Shown one piece after another: positions 17,788-25,139 of a stretch of DNA of 47,580 bases. Source of the stretch: an uncultured Spirochaetaceae bacterium (GTDB lineage Bacteria; Spirochaetota; Spirochaetia; UBA9216); assembly GCA_964472775.1 (NCBI GenBank), contig CAYYNJ010000001.1:1-47580 (forward strand), read 5' to 3'. Each line of letters starts with the position of its first letter. Position 1 is the stretch's first letter. The position numbers were made by a program, and so were the translations under genes. The notes under the pieces are model-generated. The model searched no databases, had not been told where the DNA came from, and was given only the letters and a program-made list of their open reading frames with translations.

Positions 17788-18498
17788 TTAGGACCGTCCG
17801 ATTAAGTTTTTCGTGTTATCAATGTGGGTGTTGAAGGTCTGCATCGCCAGGGCGGTGTCGCCGGTTTTTATGGCATCCAGAATCTGGAGATGGTCTCGCA
17901 CCAGGTTTTCGGGGTTCTCGAAACCGCGGTGGGCTAAGCCGATCTCTTCGTACATGAAACTTTTCAAAGTTTTGTAGATGGTATCGAAAATTTCGTTTTC
18001 GTTACTGTGGATGATGATGTTGTGAAAGCGGTAATCCGCCTCCGCCAGAACATCACCGGACCGCAGTTCCAATCCGCGGCGCATCTGTTCTATCTGTTCC
18101 TCCAGCTCTTCAATGAAGGGTTCTGCCTTCTCACGGTTCTCCCTGTAGAGGGCGGTGAGGTTGATCAGACTCCAGAGTTCCAGAGCCCCCCGGGCGTGGA
18201 TCAAGTTGTTCATCTCTTCCCGGCCCAAAAGAATGGACCAGGAGAGGGCTTCTGCGGAGATCCGGGCGCTTTCCGAGAGGAACGTTCCCTTGGCAGCCTT
18301 GGATTCCAATACTCCCAGGTAGTTAAAGATTTTAATAGCTTCCCGGATAGAGGAGCGGCCGATGCCGAACATCTCCGCCAGCTCCTGCTCGGTGGGAAGT
18401 TTATCCCCCGGTTTGTAACGGCCCGAGGCTATCAGGTCCTTCATTTTTTCCATGACCTGGCCTACCACCGTTTTCTGGCGAATTTTTTCAATTTTCAC
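17788..18498 (-). CDS. GntR-family (FadR/FCD-type) transcriptional regulator
   Basis: N-terminal wHTH (GDKLPTEQELAEMFGIGRSSIREAIKIF) plus a C-terminal all-helical FCD-like domain. GTG start. Confidence 0.85.
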   Translation of the reverse strand: MKIEKIRQKTVVGQVMEKMKDLIASGRYKPGDKLPTEQELAEMFGIGRSSIREAIKIFNYLGVLESKAAKGTFLSESARISAEALSWSILLGREEMNNLIHARGALELWSLINLTALYRENREKAEPFIEELEEQIEQMRRGLELRSGDVLAEADYRFHNIIIHSNENEIFDTIYKTLKSFMYEEIGLAHRGFENPENLVRDHLQILDAIKTGDTALAMQTFNTHIDNTKNLIGRS

Positions 18499-18524
18499 TG
18501 CCGCGCCCCCTTGGATGTGGGGTT

Positions 18525-18553
18525 ATTATACTGGATGTAATACTATCTGACAA
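18525..18553 (-). promoter_or_regulatory. sigma70-type promoter of the GntR gene with a possible operator
   Basis: Minus strand: TTGTCA (18553-18548), 17-nt spacer, TATAAT (18530-18525). The spacer contains the palindrome GTAATAC, which fits a GntR-type GT-N-AC core. Confidence 0.45.
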
Positions 18554-18569
18554 TAAGCACATTGTTGAC

Positions 18570-18700
18570 CTGCCCGACCCGGGCTGGCGGAAGGGGTAAC
18601 CAGGGTGAATCGAAGATTCTCGAGGATGAGCACCCGGGCTCAAAAAAAATCGCCCGGGCACCCATCCTCTACATTTTCGATTTACCCCGCTGGCCGGGGC
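18570..18700. repeat. palindromic intergenic repeat, copy A
   Basis: Hairpin core 18607-18683: GAATCGAAGATTCTCGAGGATGAGCACCCGGGCTCAAAAAAAATCGCCCGGGCACCCATCCTCTACATTTTCGATTT. It shares a 16-nt identical block and collinear similarity with copies at 22352-22512 and 28713-28866. Confidence 0.6.
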
Positions 18701-18721
18701 GGCTCCAGCCCCGGCGGCCTT

Positions 18722-19813
18722 CTATTGCTTCACCGGCCGGAGCTGGCCGCAGGCGGCCATCAGATCATCGCCCCGGGAGTCCCTGATCCGGTACGCCTGG
18801 CCCCGGGAAGCTACCCGGCGGCAGAACCGCTCCACCTCTTCCCGGGTGGGCGCCCGATAGGGGCTCTTCCTGCCGGGATTGTATTTGATAACATTCAGGG
18901 ACGCCCGAAGATCTTCCAGGTAGTCCGCCAGTCTATCGGCGTCTTCGGCGGTATCATTCTCACCCGGAATAAGCACGTATTCCAAAAAGAGCCGCTGTTC
19001 CCGATGGTGCCCGGGGAATTCCCGCAGCATTTCCTTTAAGACCCCCATGTTATAGACCCGGTTAACCGGCATGATCCTGTTCCGGCCTTCGTCGTGGGAC
19101 CCGTTCAGACTCACCGCCAGCCTAAGGGCATGACGCTCCTCTCCCGTGGTTCCGGCCTTCATCCAGTCGATCAATTTTCCGATTCCCGGTACGTTGCCGC
19201 AGGTGGAAACGGTCATCCGGGCGGTGGGAATATTAATGCCTCTCTTGTCGGAGATGATTGTTATCGCCCGGGTCACCGCTTCGAGATTGTCCAAGGGTTC
19301 CCCCATCCCCATGAAGACAATATTCTTAAGAGGTTTATCCGATTCCCGCCCCGCCACCAAGGCTTGAGCCACGATCTCGCCGGCGCTTAAGTTCCTTACC
19401 AGTCCCATCTTGGCGGTTTCACAGAACAGGCAGCCCCGGGCGCAGCCCACCTGGCTGGAGACACAGAGGGTGGCGTGGTGGTGCATGTTGATCAGCACCG
19501 ATTCCACCTCGGCGCCGTCACGGAAAGCTAAAGTGTATTTGCGCACCTCCGGGCTGGTCAATTCTCCGGTGATGCGGGGCAGGGAGAGGGGGTAGTCTTC
19601 ACAAATTTTTCCGGCCAGGGCGGGGGTTTTCAAAAAATGAGGGTGATTTTCTAACCCCTCTAAGGTCCGCCGGCCGTAGAGATGGCGGAAAAGCCCCTCG
19701 GCATGGTAGCGTCCCTTCTGATAACGGCTTTCCATCAGCTTCACCAGATCGGGAAAGGGACAGCCCAACAGCTCCAGGCCGCTGTTCCCTTCTCTTGGCG
19801 CCCCTCTATCCAT
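18722..19813 (-). CDS. rlmN: 23S rRNA/tRNA adenine-C2 methyltransferase (radical SAM, RlmN family)
   Basis: VSSQVGCARGCLFCETAKMG radical SAM cluster. MGMGEPLDN and the C-terminal conserved Cys (MAACGQL) are typical of RlmN/Cfr. Confidence 0.9.
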   Translation of the reverse strand: MDRGAPREGNSGLELLGCPFPDLVKLMESRYQKGRYHAEGLFRHLYGRRTLEGLENHPHFLKTPALAGKICEDYPLSLPRITGELTSPEVRKYTLAFRDGAEVESVLINMHHHATLCVSSQVGCARGCLFCETAKMGLVRNLSAGEIVAQALVAGRESDKPLKNIVFMGMGEPLDNLEAVTRAITIISDKRGINIPTARMTVSTCGNVPGIGKLIDWMKAGTTGEERHALRLAVSLNGSHDEGRNRIMPVNRVYNMGVLKEMLREFPGHHREQRLFLEYVLIPGENDTAEDADRLADYLEDLRASLNVIKYNPGRKSPYRAPTREEVERFCRRVASRGQAYRIRDSRGDDLMAACGQLRPVKQ

Positions 19814-21107
19814 GGCGGCTCAGGAGAACCTCTTTCAGGTCTTCCAGGGTGCCGCCGATTTTTTCCGCCCGTTTCGGCAGATCCAGCAGCCCCTTCAGAC
19901 GTTCCGGCAGCTCCGGGGCCGACCCCAGGGCTTCGGCAACCATCTCCTGAAACTTTCCGGGGTGGGCGGTGGACAAGGTGATGATTTTGCGGCCGTCTCC
20001 GGCGGCATCCAAAAACCGGCGGGCTCCCAGATATCCCACGGCAGTATGGGGGTCCATCAGGTAGCCCGTCCGGTTCTTCACCTCCCTGATGGTGGCGATG
20101 GTCTCTTCGTCGGTAACCACCTGCTGGGCGATCATCCGGGACATCTTCTCTCTGTCTCCGTCAAAAATCGCCAAGAGCCGTTCAAAATTGGAAGGATCCC
20201 CCACATCCATGGCGTTGGAGGGTGTTTGAAGCGAAGCCCGGGGGGTAAAATCCCCCGAAATCAGATACTGGGGCACCACGTCGTTGCGGTTAGTCACCGC
20301 CAGAAACCCCGGAACCTTGAGTCCCCAAGTCCAGGCCAGGATGCCGGCGGTAAGGTTTCCGAAGTTGCCGCTGGGTACGGCGAAGTAAGAGTTATCCGCC
20401 CGGGCCCGGGTCCAGGCCCAAACGTAATAGAAGGATTGGGGCAGCAGCCGGCCCAGGTTGATGGAGTTTGCCGACGCCAGGGGCAGCCGGTTCCGTAATT
20501 CAGGATCCACGAAAGCCTGTTTCACCATCCTTTGACAATCGTCAAAAGATCCCTCCACCTCCAGGGCGATGACATTGTCTCCCAGGGTGGTGAGCTGCTT
20601 TTCCTGAAGAGGGCTCACCCGGCCGCTGGGATAGAGAATCACCACATCGATGTTGTCCCGTTTGTGGAAGGCCCGGGCCACCGCGCTGCCCGTATCACCG
20701 GAGGTGGCGGTCAGAATCACCGCCTTCCGGTCGCTCTCCTTGAGAAACTCCTCCATACAGGCGGCCAGAAAAGAGGCGCCAAAATCCTTAAAAGCGCAGG
20801 AAGGACCGTGGAAAAGCTCCAGCACCGAAATATCCTTATCCACCTTTGCCAGGGCCGGTTCGAAGGTGAAAGCCCGGCGGCAGATCGATTCCGCCTGTTC
20901 CGGCTTCAGTTCATCCTCAAGCAACGCCGCCGTGAGGGCCGAAGCCATCTCCACAAAAGGGGTGTCGCCGGAGAAACTTTCCATGAGGGCGGAAAGGTCG
21001 GGGGTCTTCAGGGGGTGGTAGAGCCCTCCGTCCGGGGCGAGGCCTTGGAAAACACCCTCCTGAAAGGTGACGAGATTCTTCGTGTTTCTGGTGCTGTAAA
21101 AAAGCAT
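19806..21107 (-). CDS. thrC: threonine synthase
   Basis: MLFYSTRN... start at 21107 with AGGAGGG 6 nt upstream. PLP-lysine region HGPSCAFKDFG. The ORF-track N-terminal extension to 21380 is Gly/Ala/Pro-rich and unlikely to be translated. Confidence 0.9.
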   Translation of the reverse strand: MLFYSTRNTKNLVTFQEGVFQGLAPDGGLYHPLKTPDLSALMESFSGDTPFVEMASALTAALLEDELKPEQAESICRRAFTFEPALAKVDKDISVLELFHGPSCAFKDFGASFLAACMEEFLKESDRKAVILTATSGDTGSAVARAFHKRDNIDVVILYPSGRVSPLQEKQLTTLGDNVIALEVEGSFDDCQRMVKQAFVDPELRNRLPLASANSINLGRLLPQSFYYVWAWTRARADNSYFAVPSGNFGNLTAGILAWTWGLKVPGFLAVTNRNDVVPQYLISGDFTPRASLQTPSNAMDVGDPSNFERLLAIFDGDREKMSRMIAQQVVTDEETIATIREVKNRTGYLMDPHTAVGYLGARRFLDAAGDGRKIITLSTAHPGKFQEMVAEALGSAPELPERLKGLLDLPKRAEKIGGTLEDLKEVLLSRHG

Positions 21108-21297
21108 GAGCCCTCCTGGATTGCAAATCCCCTTTTTTATACCGTAAATACAAGTTTTTTGGTAGGCCCGGGAGAAGGGGGGATCTTCTTTTTCCTTCAG
21201 GCGGGGGAGTCTCCCCCCCGCTTCAGCCCGGCGGTTCCCCGCCGCTGTTCCGGCTCCGTCCCCTCCGCCGGGCGGCGCGGGCCGGTCTTCCGCTTCC

Positions 21298-21352
21298 CCC
21301 TCGAAGACTTTCGGTTCAGCGCCTCCGGCGGAACCGAAAATATCCGCCGGTG
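21298..21352. repeat. degenerate partial copy of the palindromic repeat (copy D)
   Basis: CTCGAAGACTTTCGG...CCGGCGGAACCGAAAATATCCGCCGG resembles the CGAAGATTCTCGAGG...CCGGGCTCAAAAAAAATCGCCCGG core of copies A and B. Confidence 0.3.
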
Positions 21353-21360
21353 ACCGACAA

Positions 21361-21415
21361 AATTGTCCTGGCGGCCTCATTTTGACGAAGCTGAGGGTTA
21401 CGGTTTAAAAGGAAG
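21361..21415 (+). repeat. 55-nt direct repeat: isolated left arm of the hairpin element (copy C1)
   Basis: AATTGTCCTGGCGGCCTCATTTTGACGAAGCTGAGGGTTACGGTTTAAAAGGAAG matches 22348-22403 with 3 substitutions and 1 indel. Confidence 0.75.
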
Positions 21416-21466
21416 TTATGCACCCGCTTCGCAGGTAAAGAAGAAAACCTTTAAAAATTATATGTG

Positions 21467-21592
21467 GGCGCCTCAAAAAAACCAAATTGGGGTTTTTGAG
21501 GCGCCTTGGAGTTTATTTATTTCCTTTACAGGAAATAAATAAACATCCACTACATCTAAGGTAGACCTCTAAAAACGGCAGTTTTTAGAGGT
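21467..21592. other. three consecutive perfect-stem hairpins (terminator/insulator-like)
   Basis: H1 21467-21505 GGCGCCTCAAAAA...TTTTTGAGGCGCC. H2 21511-21545 GTTTATTTATTTCCT-TTAC-AGGAAATAAATAAAC. H3 21565-21592 ACCTCTAAAAAC-GGCA-GTTTTTAGAGGT. Confidence 0.5.
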
Positions 21593-21630
21593 TCCCATGT
21601 TTCATTCCCGTTAGGGTAAAAAGCAGATAC

Positions 21631-21698
21631 ACGTAACATTTGTAGAATACTATACGTAACTATTGATTTGTACGTGTATTTATTTTATATTGTTACGT
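21631..21698 (+). promoter_or_regulatory. cassette promoter with four ACGT-core boxes (candidate antitoxin operator)
   Basis: TTGATT (21663-21668), 17-nt spacer, TATATT (21686-21691). Boxes: ACGTAAC at 21631 and 21654, TACGTGTA at 21671, GTTACGT at 21692. Confidence 0.45.
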
Positions 21699-21708
21699 GG
21701 AGGGAGAT

Positions 21709-21951
21709 ATGAATAAGAAACTTACACTCAATATTGATGAATCAATTATTGATTTTGCAAAAACATATTCAAAAGTGAATAATCAATCGATTTCAAACAT
21801 CTTTGAAAAATATCTTATCAGATTAAAAGAAGAAACAAAGGAAATTAAAATTTCTGAAGAGGCAAGAGAATTATATGGAATAATCAGTAAAGATGAATTT
21901 CCCGATAAAAAAGAAATGAGAAAGAGATTTTATGAAAACAGTATTGATTGA
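21709..21951 (+). CDS. antitoxin (DUF6364/RHH-like, PIN-associated)
   Basis: MNKKLTLNIDESIIDFAKTYSKVNNQSISNIFEKYL resembles small antitoxins paired with PIN toxins. GGAGGGA lies 6 nt upstream of the ATG at 21709. It overlaps the toxin gene by 20 nt. Confidence 0.65.
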   Translation: MNKKLTLNIDESIIDFAKTYSKVNNQSISNIFEKYLIRLKEETKEIKISEEARELYGIISKDEFPDKKEMRKRFYENSID

Positions 21952-22342
21952 TTTAAATATTATTATTGATTTTCTGAATAAGCGAAATGATCATGAAGCA
22001 GCATTAGCTGTCTATGATAAATGTGTAAAAAAAGAAATAAAGGGGTATGTATGTTCCCATGAAATAACTACGTTATCGTATTTTTTAGAAAAACAAAAAT
22101 ATGAAAGAACAAAGAGAAATAAGATTATTTCCAACTTATTAGACAATTTAAGTGTGTTGACAGCACACGAAGAGATTTTAAGAAGGTCTTTATTCTCAGA
22201 TTTGGAAGATTATGAAGATGCTGTAATTGATGAATTGGCATTGAATGAAGAAATAGATTATATCGTTACAAGAAATTTGAAAGATTTTAAAAAATCCAGG
22301 AATAAAATTTATTCGGCCAGAGAAATACTGGATCTACTATAA
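21932..22342 (+). CDS. vapC: PIN-domain toxin (VapC-like ribonuclease)
   Basis: 136 aa. Acidic PIN residues in LIDLN (D7), SHEITT, DYEDAV and the C-terminal TRNLKDF. Confidence 0.8.
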   Translation: MKTVLIDLNIIIDFLNKRNDHEAALAVYDKCVKKEIKGYVCSHEITTLSYFLEKQKYERTKRNKIISNLLDNLSVLTAHEEILRRSLFSDLEDYEDAVIDELALNEEIDYIVTRNLKDFKKSRNKIYSAREILDLL

Positions 22343-22351
22343 GAAAGAATT

Positions 22352-22512
22352 GTCCTGGGGGCCTCATTTTGACGAAGCTGAGGGTTTCTGGTTTAAAACG
22401 AAGATGTAGAGGCGAAGGGGCGGCGCGATTTTCTTTGAGCGCCGCTGCTTCTCCTCGAGAATCTTCGTTTTACAGGGAAAAACCCTTCGTCAAAATGAGG
22501 CGGCCTGGGGAC
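22352..22512. repeat. 161-nt long-hairpin palindromic repeat element, full copy C2
   Basis: Stems: 22362-22377/22485-22500 (16 bp perfect), 22395-22405/22461-22471 (11 bp perfect), 22409-22417/22448-22456 (8 of 9), 22420-22426/22439-22445 (7 bp). Loop GATTTTCTTTGA. Confidence 0.8.
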
Positions 22513-22565
22513 CGAAAAGATAAAAGACTGGCCCCGCCCCCTCTTCCCTGTTACTATAAAGGGCC

Positions 22566-23774
22566 ATGAAGATCTTTTATTCCGCCGCCCTGGGGTTGGT
22601 CATACTTTTTCTTTTCTCTTGTGCCACCGGCGCCCCCTCCTCACGCCATCGGGAAGAGAATCCCCTGGAATCGGAGGATGTGGAAATCTCGCTGCCCCAC
22701 GCAACGGGGAGTCAGAGTTTTGAACCGGAAGGGCCTGATGAGGAGGAGGAAGAACCTCCACCGGCTTTGACCAAGGGGCTCTTGGTCGACACCGCCTTGG
22801 ATAGGCTCCCTCCCGGGCTCACTCCGGTTTTCAAGGATGACCAGCCCTGGGGCCTTTTTCATGATCTGGATAAAAACGGATACACCGATTACCTCCTGCT
22901 GGTTTTAGAGGAGGAAGTGGATCCGGGGCAGGCCCAATCCGGTTATCTTCAAGATAGCCTGAGGCTGTTCGATGAAGATTCTCCCTACCGCCCCTTCGGT
23001 TTGGTCATTTTTTATCAATATCCCGAGGATGTGATCAGCCGGTATCACATCTCCCTGGGCAAGAAACTGGTACTTCGGGATTTTGTCTTTCAAGAAATCC
23101 GTCTGGGCCGCGATTTCCCCTACACCGTGGTGGTTTCTTTTCAAACCTTGGAAGGCACCGAGGCGGAATGGGTCACCCTCCAGGGCCGGGGAATCAGCCG
23201 GTTATCCCTGGACTATACCTTGTCGAAGACCTCCCGGATCGGTGATGTCGACGGAGACGGATGGGTGGACATCCTTGTTTTTCAACAGGGCTTTGAGGAA
23301 GGCCGGGGTTATGAAACCTTTATCTCGTGGCTTCGTTGGAACGGTGAGGAGTACGCACCCCATAACCGAACCAACGTGATGCGGAACCTCCGGGATTTTT
23401 TCACCGCCGCCGAGGAAAAAATACCCGTTCTGGGGTGGGAACACTGTTTTGATCAGTGTCTCGAGGTTTCCCAGCTTTCGGAACTCCGTTCGGCGGGGAA
23501 GGCGGGGGAAGAGATCCTCTCCCGGTTTTTTCAGCCCTTGCCCGGGCAGGATGAGGTTCCGCCCCTTTACCGTATCGATCCGGCGGGGGTGGTTTTTCCC
23601 CGGGTTCTGGAGGATCCTTTTTCCTACAGCAGTCCCGTGCCTCTCCGTTTTTCGGTCATCGTGAAGGTACAAGACCGCGGCGGCACTTCCTTTTTTTATC
23701 AAGGGCTTTTAGGCATGTCGGATAATCCCTTCGGCGAAAATCAGTTTGCCTTTGCCATGCTGGAAGGCGATTAG
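22566..23774 (+). CDS. lipoprotein with an FG-GAP/VCBS-like motif, function unknown
   Basis: Signal peptide MKIFYSAALGLVILFLFSC with lipobox LFSC. GDVDGDGWVDILVF motif. Acidic linker after the Cys. Confidence 0.65.
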   Translation: MKIFYSAALGLVILFLFSCATGAPSSRHREENPLESEDVEISLPHATGSQSFEPEGPDEEEEEPPPALTKGLLVDTALDRLPPGLTPVFKDDQPWGLFHDLDKNGYTDYLLLVLEEEVDPGQAQSGYLQDSLRLFDEDSPYRPFGLVIFYQYPEDVISRYHISLGKKLVLRDFVFQEIRLGRDFPYTVVVSFQTLEGTEAEWVTLQGRGISRLSLDYTLSKTSRIGDVDGDGWVDILVFQQGFEEGRGYETFISWLRWNGEEYAPHNRTNVMRNLRDFFTAAEEKIPVLGWEHCFDQCLEVSQLSELRSAGKAGEEILSRFFQPLPGQDEVPPLYRIDPAGVVFPRVLEDPFSYSSPVPLRFSVIVKVQDRGGTSFFYQGLLGMSDNPFGENQFAFAMLEGD

Positions 23775-23828
23775 TTTCACCCGTCGGAGCTCCTTGAAAT
23801 ATCCCCCCATCCGGGTTATCTTGCCCCT

Positions 23829-25139
23829 ATGAGCAAATCAGAACCTACCAAATATATTATCCAGGGGAATACCCCCATAAACGGCACCATCCGGGCCAAC
23901 GGCAACAAGAACGCTGCCCTGCCGTGTATTGCCGCCGCCCTCCTTACCGACGAAAAGGTGATTCTCAGGGATATCCCGGAGATTAAGGATGTTCAGGTTA
24001 TGCTGGAGGTTCTGAAGAGCCTGGGAGCCCGGGTGAAGCATCTGAAACCGGGATCTTACGAGATAAGTGTGACCAATCTTCCCACCGCCGAAGTGCCCCC
24101 CGAGATGGCCCGGTCGATTCGGGCTTCCATTCTGCTGGCGGGGCCGCTGCTGGCCCGGGTGGGCCGGGTCATCCTGCCGCCCCCCGGGGGGGATGTCATT
24201 GGCCGGCGCCGGCTGGATACCCACTTTCTGGCTTTTGAGGAGTTGGGGGCCCAGGTAGAGGTGGACGGCGTCTTTGACATTTCCGCCCTGAAGCTGACGG
24301 GGGCGGATATCTTTCTTGACGAAGCCAGCGTTACCGCCACGGAAAACTGTATCATGGCGGCGGTTCTGGCCAAGGGGCAGACGGTGGTTCGAAACGCCGC
24401 ATCCGAACCCCATGTCCAGGATCTCTGCCGGATGCTCATCTCCATGGGCGCCCAGATTAGCGGGGTGGGTTCTAATATATTAGTGATTCAAGGGGTGGAA
24501 CGGCTTCATGGAACCGACTTCACCATCGGCTGCGACTTCATGGAGGTGGGCTCCTTCATCGGCCTGGCGGCGGTGACCCGGGGCGACCTGGTGATCGAAA
24601 ACGCCTGCCCCGAGCACCTCCGGATGACCCGTCTGGCCTTTGCTAAGCTGGGGATCTGCTGGGAAACCGAGGGAACCCTTATTCATGTTCCCGCCAAGCA
24701 GGATCTTAAAGTGATTCCCGATTTAGGCGGCGCCATCCCTAAAATAGACGATGCTCCCTGGCCGGGTTTTCCGGCGGATCTGACCTCCATCATGACCGTG
24801 GTGGCCACCCAAGTAGAGGGAACGGTTTTGATTCACGAAAAGATGTTCGAATCCCGGATGTTTTTCGTGGATAAACTTATCGGTATGGGGGCGGGGATCA
24901 TCCTCTGCGACCCCCATCGGGCGGTGGTGAGCGGTCCTTCCAGTTTGAGGGGAGCCTATCTGGTTTCTCCGGACGTCCGGGCCGGCATGGCCATGGTTAT
25001 CGCCGCTCTCTGCGCCGAAGGGCAGAGCACCATCGACAACGTCTATCAGATCGAGCGCGGCTACGAGGGGTTGGTGGAACGGCTTCGGGGTCTGGGGGCA
25101 CGGATAGAACGGACAAAAACGGCGGGTCCCGACGATTAA
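23829..25139 (+). CDS. murA: UDP-N-acetylglucosamine 1-carboxyvinyltransferase
   Basis: 436 aa. [21 protein letters not shown] (active-site loop), and the C-terminus [14 protein letters not shown]. Confidence 0.95.
   Translation: MSKSEPTKYIIQGNTPINGTIRANGNKNAALPCIAAALLTDEKVILRDIPEIKDVQVMLEVLKSLGARVKHLKPGSYEISVTNLPTAEVPPEMARSIRASILLAGPLLARVGRVILPPPGGDVIGRRRLDTHFLAFEELGAQVEVDGVFDISALKLTGADIFLDEASVTATENCIMAAVLAKGQTVVRNAASEPHVQDLCRMLISMGAQISGVGSNILVIQGVERLHGTDFTIGCDFMEVGSFIGLAAVTRGDLVIENACPEHLRMTRLAFAKLGICWETEGTLIHVPAKQDLKVIPDLGGAIPKIDDAPWPGFPADLTSIMTVVATQVEGTVLIHEKMFESRMFFVDKLIGMGAGIILCDPHRAVVSGPSSLRGAYLVSPDVRAGMAMVIAALCAEGQSTIDNVYQIERGYEGLVERLRGLGARIERTKTAGPDD

Larger units (their letters stand above)
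21361..22512 (+). mobile_element. AT-rich toxin-antitoxin cassette bracketed by hairpin-element repeats (candidate integrated cassette; no recombinase gene)
   Basis: Sharp drop in G+C over 21416-22347, a self-contained promoter plus two genes, and flanking 55/56-nt direct repeats. See findings. Confidence 0.5.

Noticed and set aside
21180-21300. Possible riboswitch or leader in the purine/G-rich 5' region of thrC (minus strand), including the hairpin GCGGGGGGAGACTCCCCCGC.
   Set aside because: I could not match it to SAM, lysine, glycine or T-box consensus elements. It is more simply explained as decayed repeat DNA.
21108-21380. N-terminal 91-aa extension of thrC in ORF 19806..21380.
   Set aside because: The extension is Gly/Ala/Pro/Arg-rich and runs through the repeat-rich intergenic region. 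A canonical ThrC N-terminus (MLFYSTRN) with AGGAGGG upstream starts at 21107.
22352-22512. Interpretation of the hairpin elements as integron attC sites and the TA cassette as an integron cassette.
   Set aside because: I found no RYYYAAC / GTTRRRY core pair at the hairpin ends and no intI or attI in the window. The other copies are dispersed next to housekeeping genes rather than arrayed. The duplicated segment is a 55-nt arm, not a 6-7-nt core. I kept the idea only as an analogy.
22369-22569. 66-aa ORF inside the 161-nt hairpin element.
   Set aside because: It is produced by the palindromic repeat itself, has no SD, and has an Arg/Pro-rich product. ORFs 18562..18786 and 28687..28884 in the other repeat copies are rejected for the same reason.
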